64,000 nt of DNA, from IMG/VR virus record IMGVR_UViG_3300021368_000004, positions 22,747 through 86,746 of that record; one strand, 5' to 3'. The position numbers were made by a program, and so were the translations under genes. Source of the stretch: a virus. Below the pieces are notes generated by a model, which saw only the letters and a program-made list of their open reading frames with translations, was not told where the DNA came from and searched no databases. This document shows positions 11,118 through 21,045 of this stretch, in pieces (position 1 is the stretch's first letter; the number at the start of each line of letters is the position of its first letter).

Positions 11118-12086
11118 CTATTGTTTTGATGCTAGGTGCCAATTAGCACCAGTCCATATCATAAATCCGGCTTGGTTTTGTGTTAAAGTTGTATTTGTGC
11201 CGCCGGCAAAATTTGTTGGTTGTACAGTAACCGTACCTGTACCATTATTTACAAAGTATTTTAATTCACCAATAACTGTACCATCTAGAACAAATGCTGT
11301 CAAAGGTGTAGATGAATTAAATATTGTTAACGGCATTTCTTGGTCTACATTACCATCAGCTGTTTGTGTCGAACTATTTAATGCAACACGTGTATCTAAT
11401 AATACTGCACCATTACCTTTACCACCTAAAGCTAAACTAACATTTGTATCTGCGCCACCTGCATATACTGATGGATTAAAACCTGTTTCTTCATTACCTA
11501 TATCAACAAAGTTGACAGCATTTGGAATTGTACTATAACTTGTTATTGTAGCACCTGCCGTATCCACAATCTGATTAATCTTTGGAAAGTTAAGTGATGC
11601 TGAATCTAATATTTTATTATGTAATGTCTGTGCATGTGTAGTCATAGCAAATGTATCGCTATCACCTAAATTTGGCAAACGTAGTTGTCGGTTAGCAGTC
11701 AATGAACCCGGTACAATTTCGTAATTATGACTCTCGTCATCATCTTTTATTGCCGGAGTTTTTAATTCTGCTGAATCTAATGTTTTCTTACTGAGAGTCT
11801 GTGTGCTACCATCTAAAACAACATTACCACTTGAATCAGGAAAATTAATAAAATTAGCTTGAGTAGGATCTGTTACAGTTACAATAGTCTTAAATGAATT
11901 TACACTACTGCCATTAAAGTGAATACCATCAGAATCTAGGAAAAGATATGGAGTAACTTGATCGCTCTCGCCAAGAAATTGATATAACTCTTGAAAGTTT
12001 TGATTTATCTTTGTACCGGCATTACGTAATGAGTCACCTGTACCGTCGTTTGCGGTAGCGCCAGTATTAATTGTTTGTCTAGCCAT
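11118..12086 (-). CDS. gp9: Baseplate wedge / tail fiber connector, gp9/gp10 N-terminal family
   Basis: MARQTINTGATANDGTGDSLRNAGTKINQNFQELY signature. Confidence 0.75.
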   Translation of the reverse strand: MARQTINTGATANDGTGDSLRNAGTKINQNFQELYQFLGESDQVTPYLFLDSDGIHFNGSSVNSFKTIVTVTDPTQANFINFPDSSGNVVLDGSTQTLSKKTLDSAELKTPAIKDDDESHNYEIVPGSLTANRQLRLPNLGDSDTFAMTTHAQTLHNKILDSASLNFPKINQIVDTAGATITSYSTIPNAVNFVDIGNEETGFNPSVYAGGADTNVSLALGGKGNGAVLLDTRVALNSSTQTADGNVDQEMPLTIFNSSTPLTAFVLDGTVIGELKYFVNNGTGTVTVQPTNFAGGTNTTLTQNQAGFMIWTGANWHLASKQ

Positions 12087-12111
12087 GTTATCTCTCTTTA
12101 AAAGTTATCAC

Positions 12112-12119
12112 TATTTATA
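12112..12119 (-). promoter_or_regulatory. T4-type late promoter TATAAATA
   Basis: Exact match in the intergenic gap 26 nt upstream of the start. Confidence 0.8.
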
Positions 12120-12125
12120 CTAGTT

Positions 12126-13148
12126 TTAGAAGAAGTCGTTACTAAAATTAAGAAGTAATTGATTATCACTTGACATTCTTGGATATGATGCATCACCAAC
12201 CACATTATCTTCATCGAATGTTTGCGATCCTGCATTTGCACCTTCTGCCAACGTATCAAAGCTTCTATCAAATTCTGTAAGTGTCATATTACCACCTTGA
12301 AATTGTCCTAATTGCAAAGGTGCAAGTGTAAAGGTTTGCTGTGTTGGTAGAATCTGTTGAACAATATGATTAGTTGCATTAAATGCTAATGTAGCAACAT
12401 CTGCTATACCAGCATATATTGGACCTGTAGAATCGGCAATACCCGGAGGCATAATCAAATAATCAGGTTCAGCTATACTAATAATCTGAACTTCACCAGC
12501 AACATACATTCCTGCCGGATGAACGAATAATTTATATATGTCTCTCCATGTATCTATAGGTAATGTAGACTTAATTAGCAAAGCATATTTCTGATATAAT
12601 TTATCATCAGTCAAATATCTTTGTTCGTCAGGTCCGATTCGAGATGCTGATATAGTAATCTCAGGAGCATACGGAGTAATGCCTGCGTTATGATTTTCTT
12701 TTTCTTTTTCTAAATCATGTACATTACCAACAATAAAAACATTTTCTTTAGTATGTTTTACTTCTACAAATGAATTATAGAATACACGAAAGAACTGTTC
12801 GATACTATATTTCGTACCTTTTGATTTATATAGAGTACTTGAATAGTCTGCGGCTTCTCTTTTATTTCTAAATCCTTCGAAGTATTGTTGACCTAATAAT
12901 AATTCGTCTTCTATAAAAGATAACAGGTCTATATCGACCTGTGTAATATCACGATTTAAAAATAATTCATCTATAAGTTTTGTTGGCGATACATCACTAT
13001 CTGCATAATCATAATACGCTTCAAGGAAAGATGCAAATTTTGGATATTCTGCCTGAAAATACTCAGGTAAAATACCACTAACTTGCTTTTTATCTTGAAC
13101 CGATATAGCTCGTCGATTAATATCGCGTAATGTTTTATCTAGTGACAT
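12126..13148 (-). CDS. gp7: Baseplate wedge initiator gp7-like
   Basis: LPEYFQAEYPKFASFLEAYY, LYKSKGT, VHPAGM motifs; follows gp6. Confidence 0.75.
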   Translation of the reverse strand: MSLDKTLRDINRRAISVQDKKQVSGILPEYFQAEYPKFASFLEAYYDYADSDVSPTKLIDELFLNRDITQVDIDLLSFIEDELLLGQQYFEGFRNKREAADYSSTLYKSKGTKYSIEQFFRVFYNSFVEVKHTKENVFIVGNVHDLEKEKENHNAGITPYAPEITISASRIGPDEQRYLTDDKLYQKYALLIKSTLPIDTWRDIYKLFVHPAGMYVAGEVQIISIAEPDYLIMPPGIADSTGPIYAGIADVATLAFNATNHIVQQILPTQQTFTLAPLQLGQFQGGNMTLTEFDRSFDTLAEGANAGSQTFDEDNVVGDASYPRMSSDNQLLLNFSNDFF

Positions 13149-13149
13149 A

Positions 13150-14985
13150 TTAGCTCGTTGTAACTATTTCTGCTTGTACGAATGATGGACCATCATCAAA
13201 TACAACAATTTGGTTTTGACCAGGTGAAGATACAGATGCATTTGCTGCATCACCTGATATTTTAATGAAGTTATTTCCACCTATAATACTATCTACTCTA
13301 ATACCTACTAGTTTTACAAGACCTGTAGAAGGTTCATATTCTCCTACATTATCAACAAAAACTGTATCAGTTGCAGTCGCATGCAATTGTAATTTATAAC
13401 TATCTAATTTATTTCTTATTTCAACACGATTACCATCTACAAAAAATGGTGTAGACTTTATGACTGCCTTTTCATCATTTGGTTCTGCAAGTGGCGAAGC
13501 ATATCTAAGGTCTACTGATTCAATAGTGCCGATAAAAGGTACAAATCTTTTTTGTAATTTTAAATCTGCACGTGAAGATAAAACAGATGGATCTACTTCA
13601 TCAACAAGTGCTAACATATTTGATCTACGAAATGACTGATCGAATAATCCTGTATTGTCAGTAAAATATTGTGTAACTACATCATCAACACGATTCTGAA
13701 TCTCTTGAACAGATGATGATGTAAACTTAGGATTAAATTGGAATCTGACTTCTGTTTCTAAGAATGTAATATCAGGATCTTGGAACTTAATATCAAATGT
13801 GATAACCTGCAGCTGGTTTCCTAATGCAATAATATCACCCTTTGTCTTATCAATAGTTGCCTGTGTTACATCATCTTTGAATACAACTGATAAGAACACA
13901 ACTCCATATTCTTTACGTACAGCATCTTCACCGCCATATGCTTGAATATCTTTTATCAGATAACCAAAGTTACGTTTTACAAGTGTTGCATAATCTACTG
14001 CTGTAACCATACGGTTTTGAGATGCATAAGAGAATGGTGCATTTTTACGAATAGATTCTAATGTTTCAACCTCAGATCCAGAAACTGATTTAGTTACTGT
14101 AGTAGTTGTAAGATTAAAAGAATTTGTACCAGCGCCGGTAGTCACATTAACTTGTGCTATGGGTGTAAATGTTGTAGCTCCATTTGCAACTGGACCATTT
14201 GTAGAAAGATATTCTACTACAATTTTATTTCCTGCTGCTGGGGCTTTACCTAATGTATAACCATCACCAAATGATAATTCATAAAAGCCATTAGGAGTTT
14301 CGCGTAAGATATAAACTTTAGATTGATCATCAATAGTATCTGCTTCTTTTAAATCAGTATATGTAGAAAATGTTGTAGTAGTTAGATCATCAAATACACT
14401 TACAAATGCAGTTGTCGTATCGATATTTTTATCAGGTATTACATATGTAGTGTCAATAGAGTTTTCGCTGACGATAAATGTTTTAGTGGTATTAGTACCT
14501 TCTTTAATTGTAATGTCTGCTCTGTCTAAATTGTCTTTAAATACATATAGACCAAAGCCGTCGTCAGTAGCAGTTATAGTTCCTGTTGTCTCAAATGTAT
14601 ATTGTATATCATCAACTGTTGTATTAAACCTTGTTCCTCGAGGAAGAGATAACACAGATGGCCGGCCTGCAAGATTACCGGTATTGACTGATAAATTAAC
14701 TGTTGCAGATGATGCTGCCTTTGATGCAGGCATATAACCAATAGCTTCTGCAAGGGATACGACCGATGATCTAAGTTGAGCTGTTGTCAAATAAGATTCA
14801 TTCAACGCCATATTTGCAATCAATGCATTGTAATGTGTATTGTATGCTAATACGTCAAGAAGATTAGAAAGACCAGAACCCTCATAGTTATAGTCCGCAA
14901 ACTCTGTATTATTTTTTAACGATAGCTTTAGATTATTCTTAATCGTTGTAAAATCTAAGTCAGTCGATCTAATTGTAGTTGCCAT
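13150..14985 (-). CDS. gp6: Baseplate wedge subunit gp6
   Basis: LDFTTIK...DYNYEGSGLSNLLDVLAYNTHY, QNRMVTAVDY. Confidence 0.95.
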   Translation of the reverse strand: MATTIRSTDLDFTTIKNNLKLSLKNNTEFADYNYEGSGLSNLLDVLAYNTHYNALIANMALNESYLTTAQLRSSVVSLAEAIGYMPASKAASSATVNLSVNTGNLAGRPSVLSLPRGTRFNTTVDDIQYTFETTGTITATDDGFGLYVFKDNLDRADITIKEGTNTTKTFIVSENSIDTTYVIPDKNIDTTTAFVSVFDDLTTTTFSTYTDLKEADTIDDQSKVYILRETPNGFYELSFGDGYTLGKAPAAGNKIVVEYLSTNGPVANGATTFTPIAQVNVTTGAGTNSFNLTTTTVTKSVSGSEVETLESIRKNAPFSYASQNRMVTAVDYATLVKRNFGYLIKDIQAYGGEDAVRKEYGVVFLSVVFKDDVTQATIDKTKGDIIALGNQLQVITFDIKFQDPDITFLETEVRFQFNPKFTSSSVQEIQNRVDDVVTQYFTDNTGLFDQSFRRSNMLALVDEVDPSVLSSRADLKLQKRFVPFIGTIESVDLRYASPLAEPNDEKAVIKSTPFFVDGNRVEIRNKLDSYKLQLHATATDTVFVDNVGEYEPSTGLVKLVGIRVDSIIGGNNFIKISGDAANASVSSPGQNQIVVFDDGPSFVQAEIVTTS

Positions 14986-15423
14986 TTACCTTAACCTCGA
15001 TATAGTAGTTTCTAAATCAATAATCTCTCCGGTAGTCATAACTCTAAATGTAAGCCTCACTCTTAGTGTATATGCATCAGGATTACTAACAACATTAATA
15101 TCCATAATCTTTGCACGAGGTTCGTACTTATGCAATGTGGATTTTATATCTCGTTCTATACTCCTGTCCATTTGTGAATGAGCTAGTTCAAATAACATAC
15201 CTGTTATATTAGAACCAAAAGTCATATTAAACGGTTTTTCGTATCGATTCGTAGAAACTATATTTTTTACGGATTGCTTGACCGCATCCGCTTCTAATTT
15301 TTTATAGATGTCTCCGCTAGGTTTTTTATCAAATAACAAGTCTATATCGGAATACTTTTTCACTCTCGATGTAAGTATCGAGCTAGCTAAGTTTCCGTCT
15401 TCTATTGATAGTTGTCTTGACAT
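14986..15423 (-). CDS. gp25: Baseplate wedge subunit gp25
   Basis: YSDIDL, AVKQSVKNI, EKPF..FGS, YEPR. Confidence 0.9.
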   Translation of the reverse strand: MSRQLSIEDGNLASSILTSRVKKYSDIDLLFDKKPSGDIYKKLEADAVKQSVKNIVSTNRYEKPFNMTFGSNITGMLFELAHSQMDRSIERDIKSTLHKYEPRAKIMDINVVSNPDAYTLRVRLTFRVMTTGEIIDLETTISRLR

Positions 15424-15440
15424 CTTAAACCTTTTTCATC

Positions 15441-15448
15441 TATTTATA
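15441..15448 (-). promoter_or_regulatory. T4-type late promoter TATAAATA
   Basis: Exact match overlapping the upstream stop codon, 18 nt before gp25. Confidence 0.75.
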
Positions 15449-17441
15449 ACTTTATTTCGACTAATGCATCATTTGATTGCACGTTATTATTGTATAATGT
15501 TTGAACTTGTCGCTTAAACCTAATATCTGTAAATGAAGTAATATCAGGTATCTCTACTATAATTTGTGCATTGAGATCTCCGAATGGATCATATGAGTCA
15601 TAATCTAATGTAAGTTTGTCGAAATAACCTACTTCACTCCATGCCTTAGCTAAATCAAATGATGTGTCTAAATCAATATTACCTGCTTGATCATGTACTT
15701 CGAATACTAAAGCTCTACCTTTATTTCTTAAATCGAGTATACCATTTGCTGTAAGCGTCTCTTCTTGTAGTTTACCGGGTGGTCCGATACCATATGTTTC
15801 TGGACTATAATAACCTTCAACAACTTTAACTGAATAGTTTTCAAATTCAGTAGGTGTATGATTACTATTTGCTATTGTCTTCATCAATTCTGACATAATA
15901 AAGTAATTCTTAGCTATTTGCTGTTTAACAGTATTAGTTAATGCATTGAACTTACCATGATCATCAGTACCAATAAACTTACCTATTGAAGTATTATGGT
16001 TGATAAGAGTACTAGTATTCACCGTACCTAATATATTATTTTTAAATTTAAGTTCAGGTATGATATTCCATTTTACTTTTCTTTCACCTGTTTTAAATTT
16101 TTGTACCTTCGCAACTCCGCCTACTTGGCCGAGCGGATTGACTCCACGTTGTGAGTTTGCCGTTGATGTTACTGCAATTCTACCAAACTCTTTAGGTTGA
16201 CCTTGTGCATAATTAGCATTCAATACACCAGATGCAACTTGATATGCTGTAAATTCACTAAAGTCTCTATTCGTTTGTTCTCTCATTTTTGATCTGACTT
16301 CTTCTGTAGAATAGTCACGTACAAGAAGTTGATTCTTGAGGTAGTCATCAACATCAATATGAATTTTACGTATACCACGATCTCCTACAGTAAGATATGA
16401 ATTAGTCATACCTTCAGTTGGATTTGCGGTAGATGTATGAGTAATGCTACCAGATCCGCTACCTCCACCACCGCTTCCATCTACTAATAAATCGCCAACT
16501 GAATTAAAGATGCTTATTCCTGCACCGCCGCCTAAGCTACCGGCTGTGACTGCATGATCCGCAGTACCTTTTAGATTGCCATGGAATGAAGATCCGTAAT
16601 GTACTGTAGTACCTCCACCGATTGTACCTCTATTACCGGCAACTGCGATATCCGTTGCAACAATATTAATATCAGGAGAAGATAAGTTTATCTGTTGTTC
16701 AGATGTGTATATACTTGGTCCCTTTGATACTATTTCTTGTGAACCTTCGGTTGCTACTACCAGATCCCCTTTCGTAACAAGAGTCTGCGTACCCAAAGTA
16801 AGGTTCGTAGTATTGCCTGCAACACTTTGTACAAACGTACCTGAAACCGAATTACCATAATTTCCAAATACAGACGTCTTCGAATTATTGTCGATTTGCT
16901 CGGTTTTACTGCCTCGAGCATGGACATTATAGTCTCTACAATTGACATTATAATCACCTGTTACATTAAGAGTTAAATTACCTTTGTAGGTTAGGTTTGC
17001 TTCACCTTCTACAATAACTTCATTACTACCATGACATACTTCTACTTTGTTCTTTGTAGATACTACTAAGACCGTACCGTCAGGTCTCAACTCTACGCCA
17101 GCACCAGTTTTATGTCTTAGCATAATTCTTTCACCGCCAGGTGTGTCATTTAATTCTATGACATGACCTGATGCTGTCTCTCGAATATCAGCCATTCCAT
17201 ATTGTGTTGCGGCTGCTGGTTCTACCTCGAGATCTATATTCTTTACAGATCCACCGACAGATAGCTGCTTACCACCGCCACCTCTTGCTGCTTTGTTAAT
17301 AGAAGACTGATTATGATTTGTTTTACGTGGAAATTGACCTGCAGGATCTGTAAAAGCATTATCATTTTTACCTTGTGTATCAGTAAAGCCTTTACCAAAT
17401 CTTAAGATTCGATCTACATAGTCGTCATTTTCTGTACTCAT
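15444..17441 (-). CDS. gp5 C-terminal part (beta-helix spike) with a degenerate peptidase M15-like tail domain
   Basis: ETASGHVIELNDTPGGERIMLRHKTG gp5 motif followed by VxG beta-helix repeats; no OB-fold. Confidence 0.75.
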   Translation of the reverse strand: MSTENDDYVDRILRFGKGFTDTQGKNDNAFTDPAGQFPRKTNHNQSSINKAARGGGGKQLSVGGSVKNIDLEVEPAAATQYGMADIRETASGHVIELNDTPGGERIMLRHKTGAGVELRPDGTVLVVSTKNKVEVCHGSNEVIVEGEANLTYKGNLTLNVTGDYNVNCRDYNVHARGSKTEQIDNNSKTSVFGNYGNSVSGTFVQSVAGNTTNLTLGTQTLVTKGDLVVATEGSQEIVSKGPSIYTSEQQINLSSPDINIVATDIAVAGNRGTIGGGTTVHYGSSFHGNLKGTADHAVTAGSLGGGAGISIFNSVGDLLVDGSGGGGSGSGSITHTSTANPTEGMTNSYLTVGDRGIRKIHIDVDDYLKNQLLVRDYSTEEVRSKMREQTNRDFSEFTAYQVASGVLNANYAQGQPKEFGRIAVTSTANSQRGVNPLGQVGGVAKVQKFKTGERKVKWNIIPELKFKNNILGTVNTSTLINHNTSIGKFIGTDDHGKFNALTNTVKQQIAKNYFIMSELMKTIANSNHTPTEFENYSVKVVEGYYSPETYGIGPPGKLQEETLTANGILDLRNKGRALVFEVHDQAGNIDLDTSFDLAKAWSEVGYFDKLTLDYDSYDPFGDLNAQIIVEIPDITSFTDIRFKRQVQTLYNNNVQSNDALVEIKL

Positions 17442-18901
17442 GTCACTCTCGCTCTCGCAGCTTCTAATTGTGCTGATGATAATGCTGATGCTGATTGTTT
17501 ACCATTTGTATAAATGTTTTCTTTATTGAATTTATTATATACGTATTGTTGTACGTCAAAGCCAGGATCTACTTTACCTTGATTTGATGTATCATTATGT
17601 CCCCATGCCTGGCCACCCGGCCATACAGTATAGAATGATTCAACAAACATTGCGAATGTATTCCATTGTTCTTCAGTAAAGCTATCAGCTGATGCTAATT
17701 TATCAGTATTTGCGTTTTTCATACCTGATGGAGTATTGAATCCACCTACAAAACAAACACCTATCGAATATCTATTATGGCCATATGCTTTTGAGTGTGC
17801 ACCCACTAAGTTAAGTGGTCGACCCCGTTGTAACTTACCATCTCTTTGTATTACATAATGATAACCACAACCACTAAATTCCCTATCTAAATGCCATCTA
17901 TGAATATCTTCAGCAGTGATATTTTGATTTGTATATGTAGCAGACCAATGTGTGACAAATTCTGTTATATCACGAGGTGATTCTCTAAATTCAGTTATCA
18001 ATTCTTCTTTTGATCCTACTATGTCAAATGTATATGCATTGCCATTTGTAGGCGTATCGCTACCTTCCCAAGACAATTCTTGTTTAGTTAAGTCATAGTC
18101 TTGAGTAGTCTTTTTACCAATAGCTTTTTCTGTTGCTGCGTCAAGAACGTTTTTCTGGCTAATATCTACTGTATTAACTTTTTCTTCAATCTCTGATGCA
18201 CTAAAGTTTTTAGAATTTTTTTCTAATAATTGAGAAGCTTCTCTCTTTCTATCTGCTAATAATAATCTTACTGTCTCATCTTTATCACTTTGAGATATGT
18301 TAGGCGCTACTTCATCTATGATAGGAAATATGCCTGTTTGTATATTCAGAATACAATTAGCAAGTAGCGAGTTAGTAGGTGTGCCTATAATATTATTAAA
18401 TGAACTATTAAAAGTTGATATTGAACTTGACAAACCAACGTGTTCATCAACACCTTTATCGATTATCTTATCAATATCATTGACTGATGATTTAGCATCT
18501 TCAACTGCAATAGTTTTTAATTCATTTCTATATGTACTTGCACTAGTACTTGTCACTGTTGCAAGAGATTGACCGACGGCTTGTGGTGACCCTGATCCGA
18601 TTACAGTATTCAATCGACCGGCCACTGATCTTGTACCAGTGATAAGATTAATATCAGAATCATCTGAATCATTTACACTAGTTGCTGGCAGTATTGTGTC
18701 AAGTTGTGCAATAGACGGAGCAACGTTAATATTAGATATGCTCTTGATACCACTAATAGTCTGATCACTCTCTAGTAATGACTCGGACTGTAGCTTTGTG
18801 GTATTAGCAGCCTGTAATGCTTTCTCTCCTACTATAAGAAAATTAGAGTTCTTAAATGCAGTCAGTAGAGTTAAGTTTATTTCTCGAATATCTACACTCA
18901 T
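17438..18901 (-). CDS. N-acetylmuramoyl-L-alanine amidase (Amidase_2, T7 lysozyme-like) with long N-terminal extension
   Basis: THWSAT, IHRWH, GYHYVIQRDG, GAH, SIGVCFVGG, GHND, K.DPGFD. Confidence 0.85.
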   Translation of the reverse strand: MSVDIREINLTLLTAFKNSNFLIVGEKALQAANTTKLQSESLLESDQTISGIKSISNINVAPSIAQLDTILPATSVNDSDDSDINLITGTRSVAGRLNTVIGSGSPQAVGQSLATVTSTSASTYRNELKTIAVEDAKSSVNDIDKIIDKGVDEHVGLSSSISTFNSSFNNIIGTPTNSLLANCILNIQTGIFPIIDEVAPNISQSDKDETVRLLLADRKREASQLLEKNSKNFSASEIEEKVNTVDISQKNVLDAATEKAIGKKTTQDYDLTKQELSWEGSDTPTNGNAYTFDIVGSKEELITEFRESPRDITEFVTHWSATYTNQNITAEDIHRWHLDREFSGCGYHYVIQRDGKLQRGRPLNLVGAHSKAYGHNRYSIGVCFVGGFNTPSGMKNANTDKLASADSFTEEQWNTFAMFVESFYTVWPGGQAWGHNDTSNQGKVDPGFDVQQYVYNKFNKENIYTNGKQSASALSSAQLEAARARVT

Positions 18902-19755
18902 CCATAAGTCTCCAATACTCTTTTAGCGGCTGCAATACGTCTATCCAGATGCGGAACACCTGGCTTTTCATATTTATTGCATATATGTGTAGTCGCTTTA
19001 TCTACATTAGTCATGGCTTTAAATGTATTATAACCATAATAGTTACCCTCTGTAGTAAACTCGTAATGAAAGAATTGTAATTGTGTTTCTAATTTACGAT
19101 AATTTAATTCTCTATCATCAGCATATGCTTGTAGTCTTTGCAATCTACCGGCTGCAGGGTTCCATTGTGCAATACCAAATGATGCTTCACCCGGAACATT
19201 AGATGTAACTTCGGGATCCATACCTGATTCTATTATAAAATTACCACATATCGCAGAGGCCTGTATTTTTGAGTATCCATTACCTACAAGAAAGTTAAAG
19301 GCTTTTTCTGTATTACTATTGCCAATTAAAGTTTGACTTAATCCGTCGACACCTTTAGGTGGAACATCTCTAGATTCTGTTTCATTCGGTACTTCTGATG
19401 CTTCTAGTGCTGGTGCATCAAAATCATCGGGTGGGTATATGTCGTCTGGTCTAACTTCAATGCGTGGAATCGATCCCATAATAACTGGCTGTTGTGATAA
19501 TTGACCATCCATAAAGAATCCGAATACCATTGCACCGGGCTTAAGACCTGGACTTCGCCCTAATCCACTTACACCATCTTCTGTTGTAGGTACAAGGCAC
19601 GACGCCCATGGTAATGCAGACTCGGGTACTGCATCAACGTCGTCATTGTGCACACCATATATTCTAACTCTGCATCTACCTACATGTAATGGATCGGAAT
19701 TGCTTTCAACAATACCAATAAACCATCTTAGTGTATCTCCGTAAAATGTATTCAT
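18898..19755 (-). CDS. gp5: gp5 N-terminal OB-fold fused to a phage tail lysozyme (Phage_lysozyme2-like) domain
   Basis: WFIGIVE..DPLHVGRCRVRIYGVH...LPWA...VFGFFMDG..QQPVIMG; GNFIIESG...GIAQW...YEKP. Confidence 0.85.
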   Translation of the reverse strand: MNTFYGDTLRWFIGIVESNSDPLHVGRCRVRIYGVHNDDVDAVPESALPWASCLVPTTEDGVSGLGRSPGLKPGAMVFGFFMDGQLSQQPVIMGSIPRIEVRPDDIYPPDDFDAPALEASEVPNETESRDVPPKGVDGLSQTLIGNSNTEKAFNFLVGNGYSKIQASAICGNFIIESGMDPEVTSNVPGEASFGIAQWNPAAGRLQRLQAYADDRELNYRKLETQLQFFHYEFTTEGNYYGYNTFKAMTNVDKATTHICNKYEKPGVPHLDRRIAAAKRVLETYG

Positions 19756-21044
19756 AAACTAGTATATCCCTTAGGTCCAACAGCTAGGGTTTTATCTGTG
19801 CTATTTGTTAATTTACTACATGTCATTGCTTGGCTGTATTTATTTTCACTAAACTTATGCTTTACTTCTAATACGACAAAAGGACCACTTGTAACTTTAT
19901 CTAAAATATTACCCGGCCGTGGTAAGTTAATCATTATCTGTTCGCCTACAAATACTGTATCTTTATAAAAATTCAATACGCCAGGTAATATTATATTAAT
20001 TTTCTTTTTATCAAGAGCTTTATGCAATGCATTAGATTTCATTTTGTTAACATGCATTTCTAAATCTTGTTCATCATGATAACCTAATTCATCCATTGTA
20101 GTATGATTGACTATTCGATATAATACATTAGGATCATATTGATCTAAAGTTTTTTCTCTTATTTTAAAATCTTTATTGTATATAGAATCATCTTTTGCAT
20201 CTAATACTTCTGTAATATTGAATCTATTATTTCTATTACGTCTATTAGTACTTAAGTTTAAAACATTATATTGATTTTGTACTGCACCATTCATTAACAT
20301 TTCTGCTGTGTCATTCGTACCAATATCACGCATGTATTCTATATTAGTAAGTTGAGTTTTTCTATCTGGACTATAGTTTTGTGCATTGCTAAATGTAAAA
20401 GGTATTTTATTAATAGGATCAGTCTCTATCATATCTGATAGACTTTTCATTCTAATGCTATCTTCTTTAAGTGTTGCATATACAAAGAATGGATAACCAT
20501 TTCTATCTGACGCTCTTTTACGAATCGTTTCTACAACTGCTAGCGGAGATATAAACGGAGATATGTAAGTGAATGCAGACTGTGCAGATGTTTTACCTAT
20601 CAAGTTTAATTCTTTATCAAACTCTGATGATAATACATTTTTAATAATCTGACTAGGCGTACCTTGATATGCATTGGATACTTTCTTTAGAACATCTAAA
20701 AAGAATATTTCTTCTGCAATGTAAAAATTGTATGCATAACCGGTTTCATCCATTTTAGTTTTACCGACTGTGCGTGTGATAATAAAATTCTTTTTAAACG
20801 TATAGTCATATTCTTGTGCAACTATAGAAAGCTCTAAACGTTCAGTACCATCCATTTTCAATTCTTCAAATGCAAATTGTGTATCTACACAAACCATATT
20901 GCCTGTAATATATGGAATATTTACTGATTCGTATAATGTTAATTCCATTATAGTCGCGCTTATATCAAGTTCGATACCTTTTTCGGGTATACTCAATATA
21001 ACATTATGAAACTGAAATTCACTTTCTGAGGAAACTTGTGACAT
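19752..21044 (-). CDS. Baseplate hub protein (gp27-like)
   Basis: ELTLYES...GNM, position between gp53 and gp5. Confidence 0.6.
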   Translation of the reverse strand: MSQVSSESEFQFHNVILSIPEKGIELDISATIMELTLYESVNIPYITGNMVCVDTQFAFEELKMDGTERLELSIVAQEYDYTFKKNFIITRTVGKTKMDETGYAYNFYIAEEIFFLDVLKKVSNAYQGTPSQIIKNVLSSEFDKELNLIGKTSAQSAFTYISPFISPLAVVETIRKRASDRNGYPFFVYATLKEDSIRMKSLSDMIETDPINKIPFTFSNAQNYSPDRKTQLTNIEYMRDIGTNDTAEMLMNGAVQNQYNVLNLSTNRRNRNNRFNITEVLDAKDDSIYNKDFKIREKTLDQYDPNVLYRIVNHTTMDELGYHDEQDLEMHVNKMKSNALHKALDKKKINIILPGVLNFYKDTVFVGEQIMINLPRPGNILDKVTSGPFVVLEVKHKFSENKYSQAMTCSKLTNSTDKTLAVGPKGYTSL

Positions 21045-21045
21045 A

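Noticed and set aside
17438-18901. gp5 split as a sequencing or assembly frameshift
   Set aside because: Both junctions are clean ATGA start/stop overlaps like the other genes in the operon
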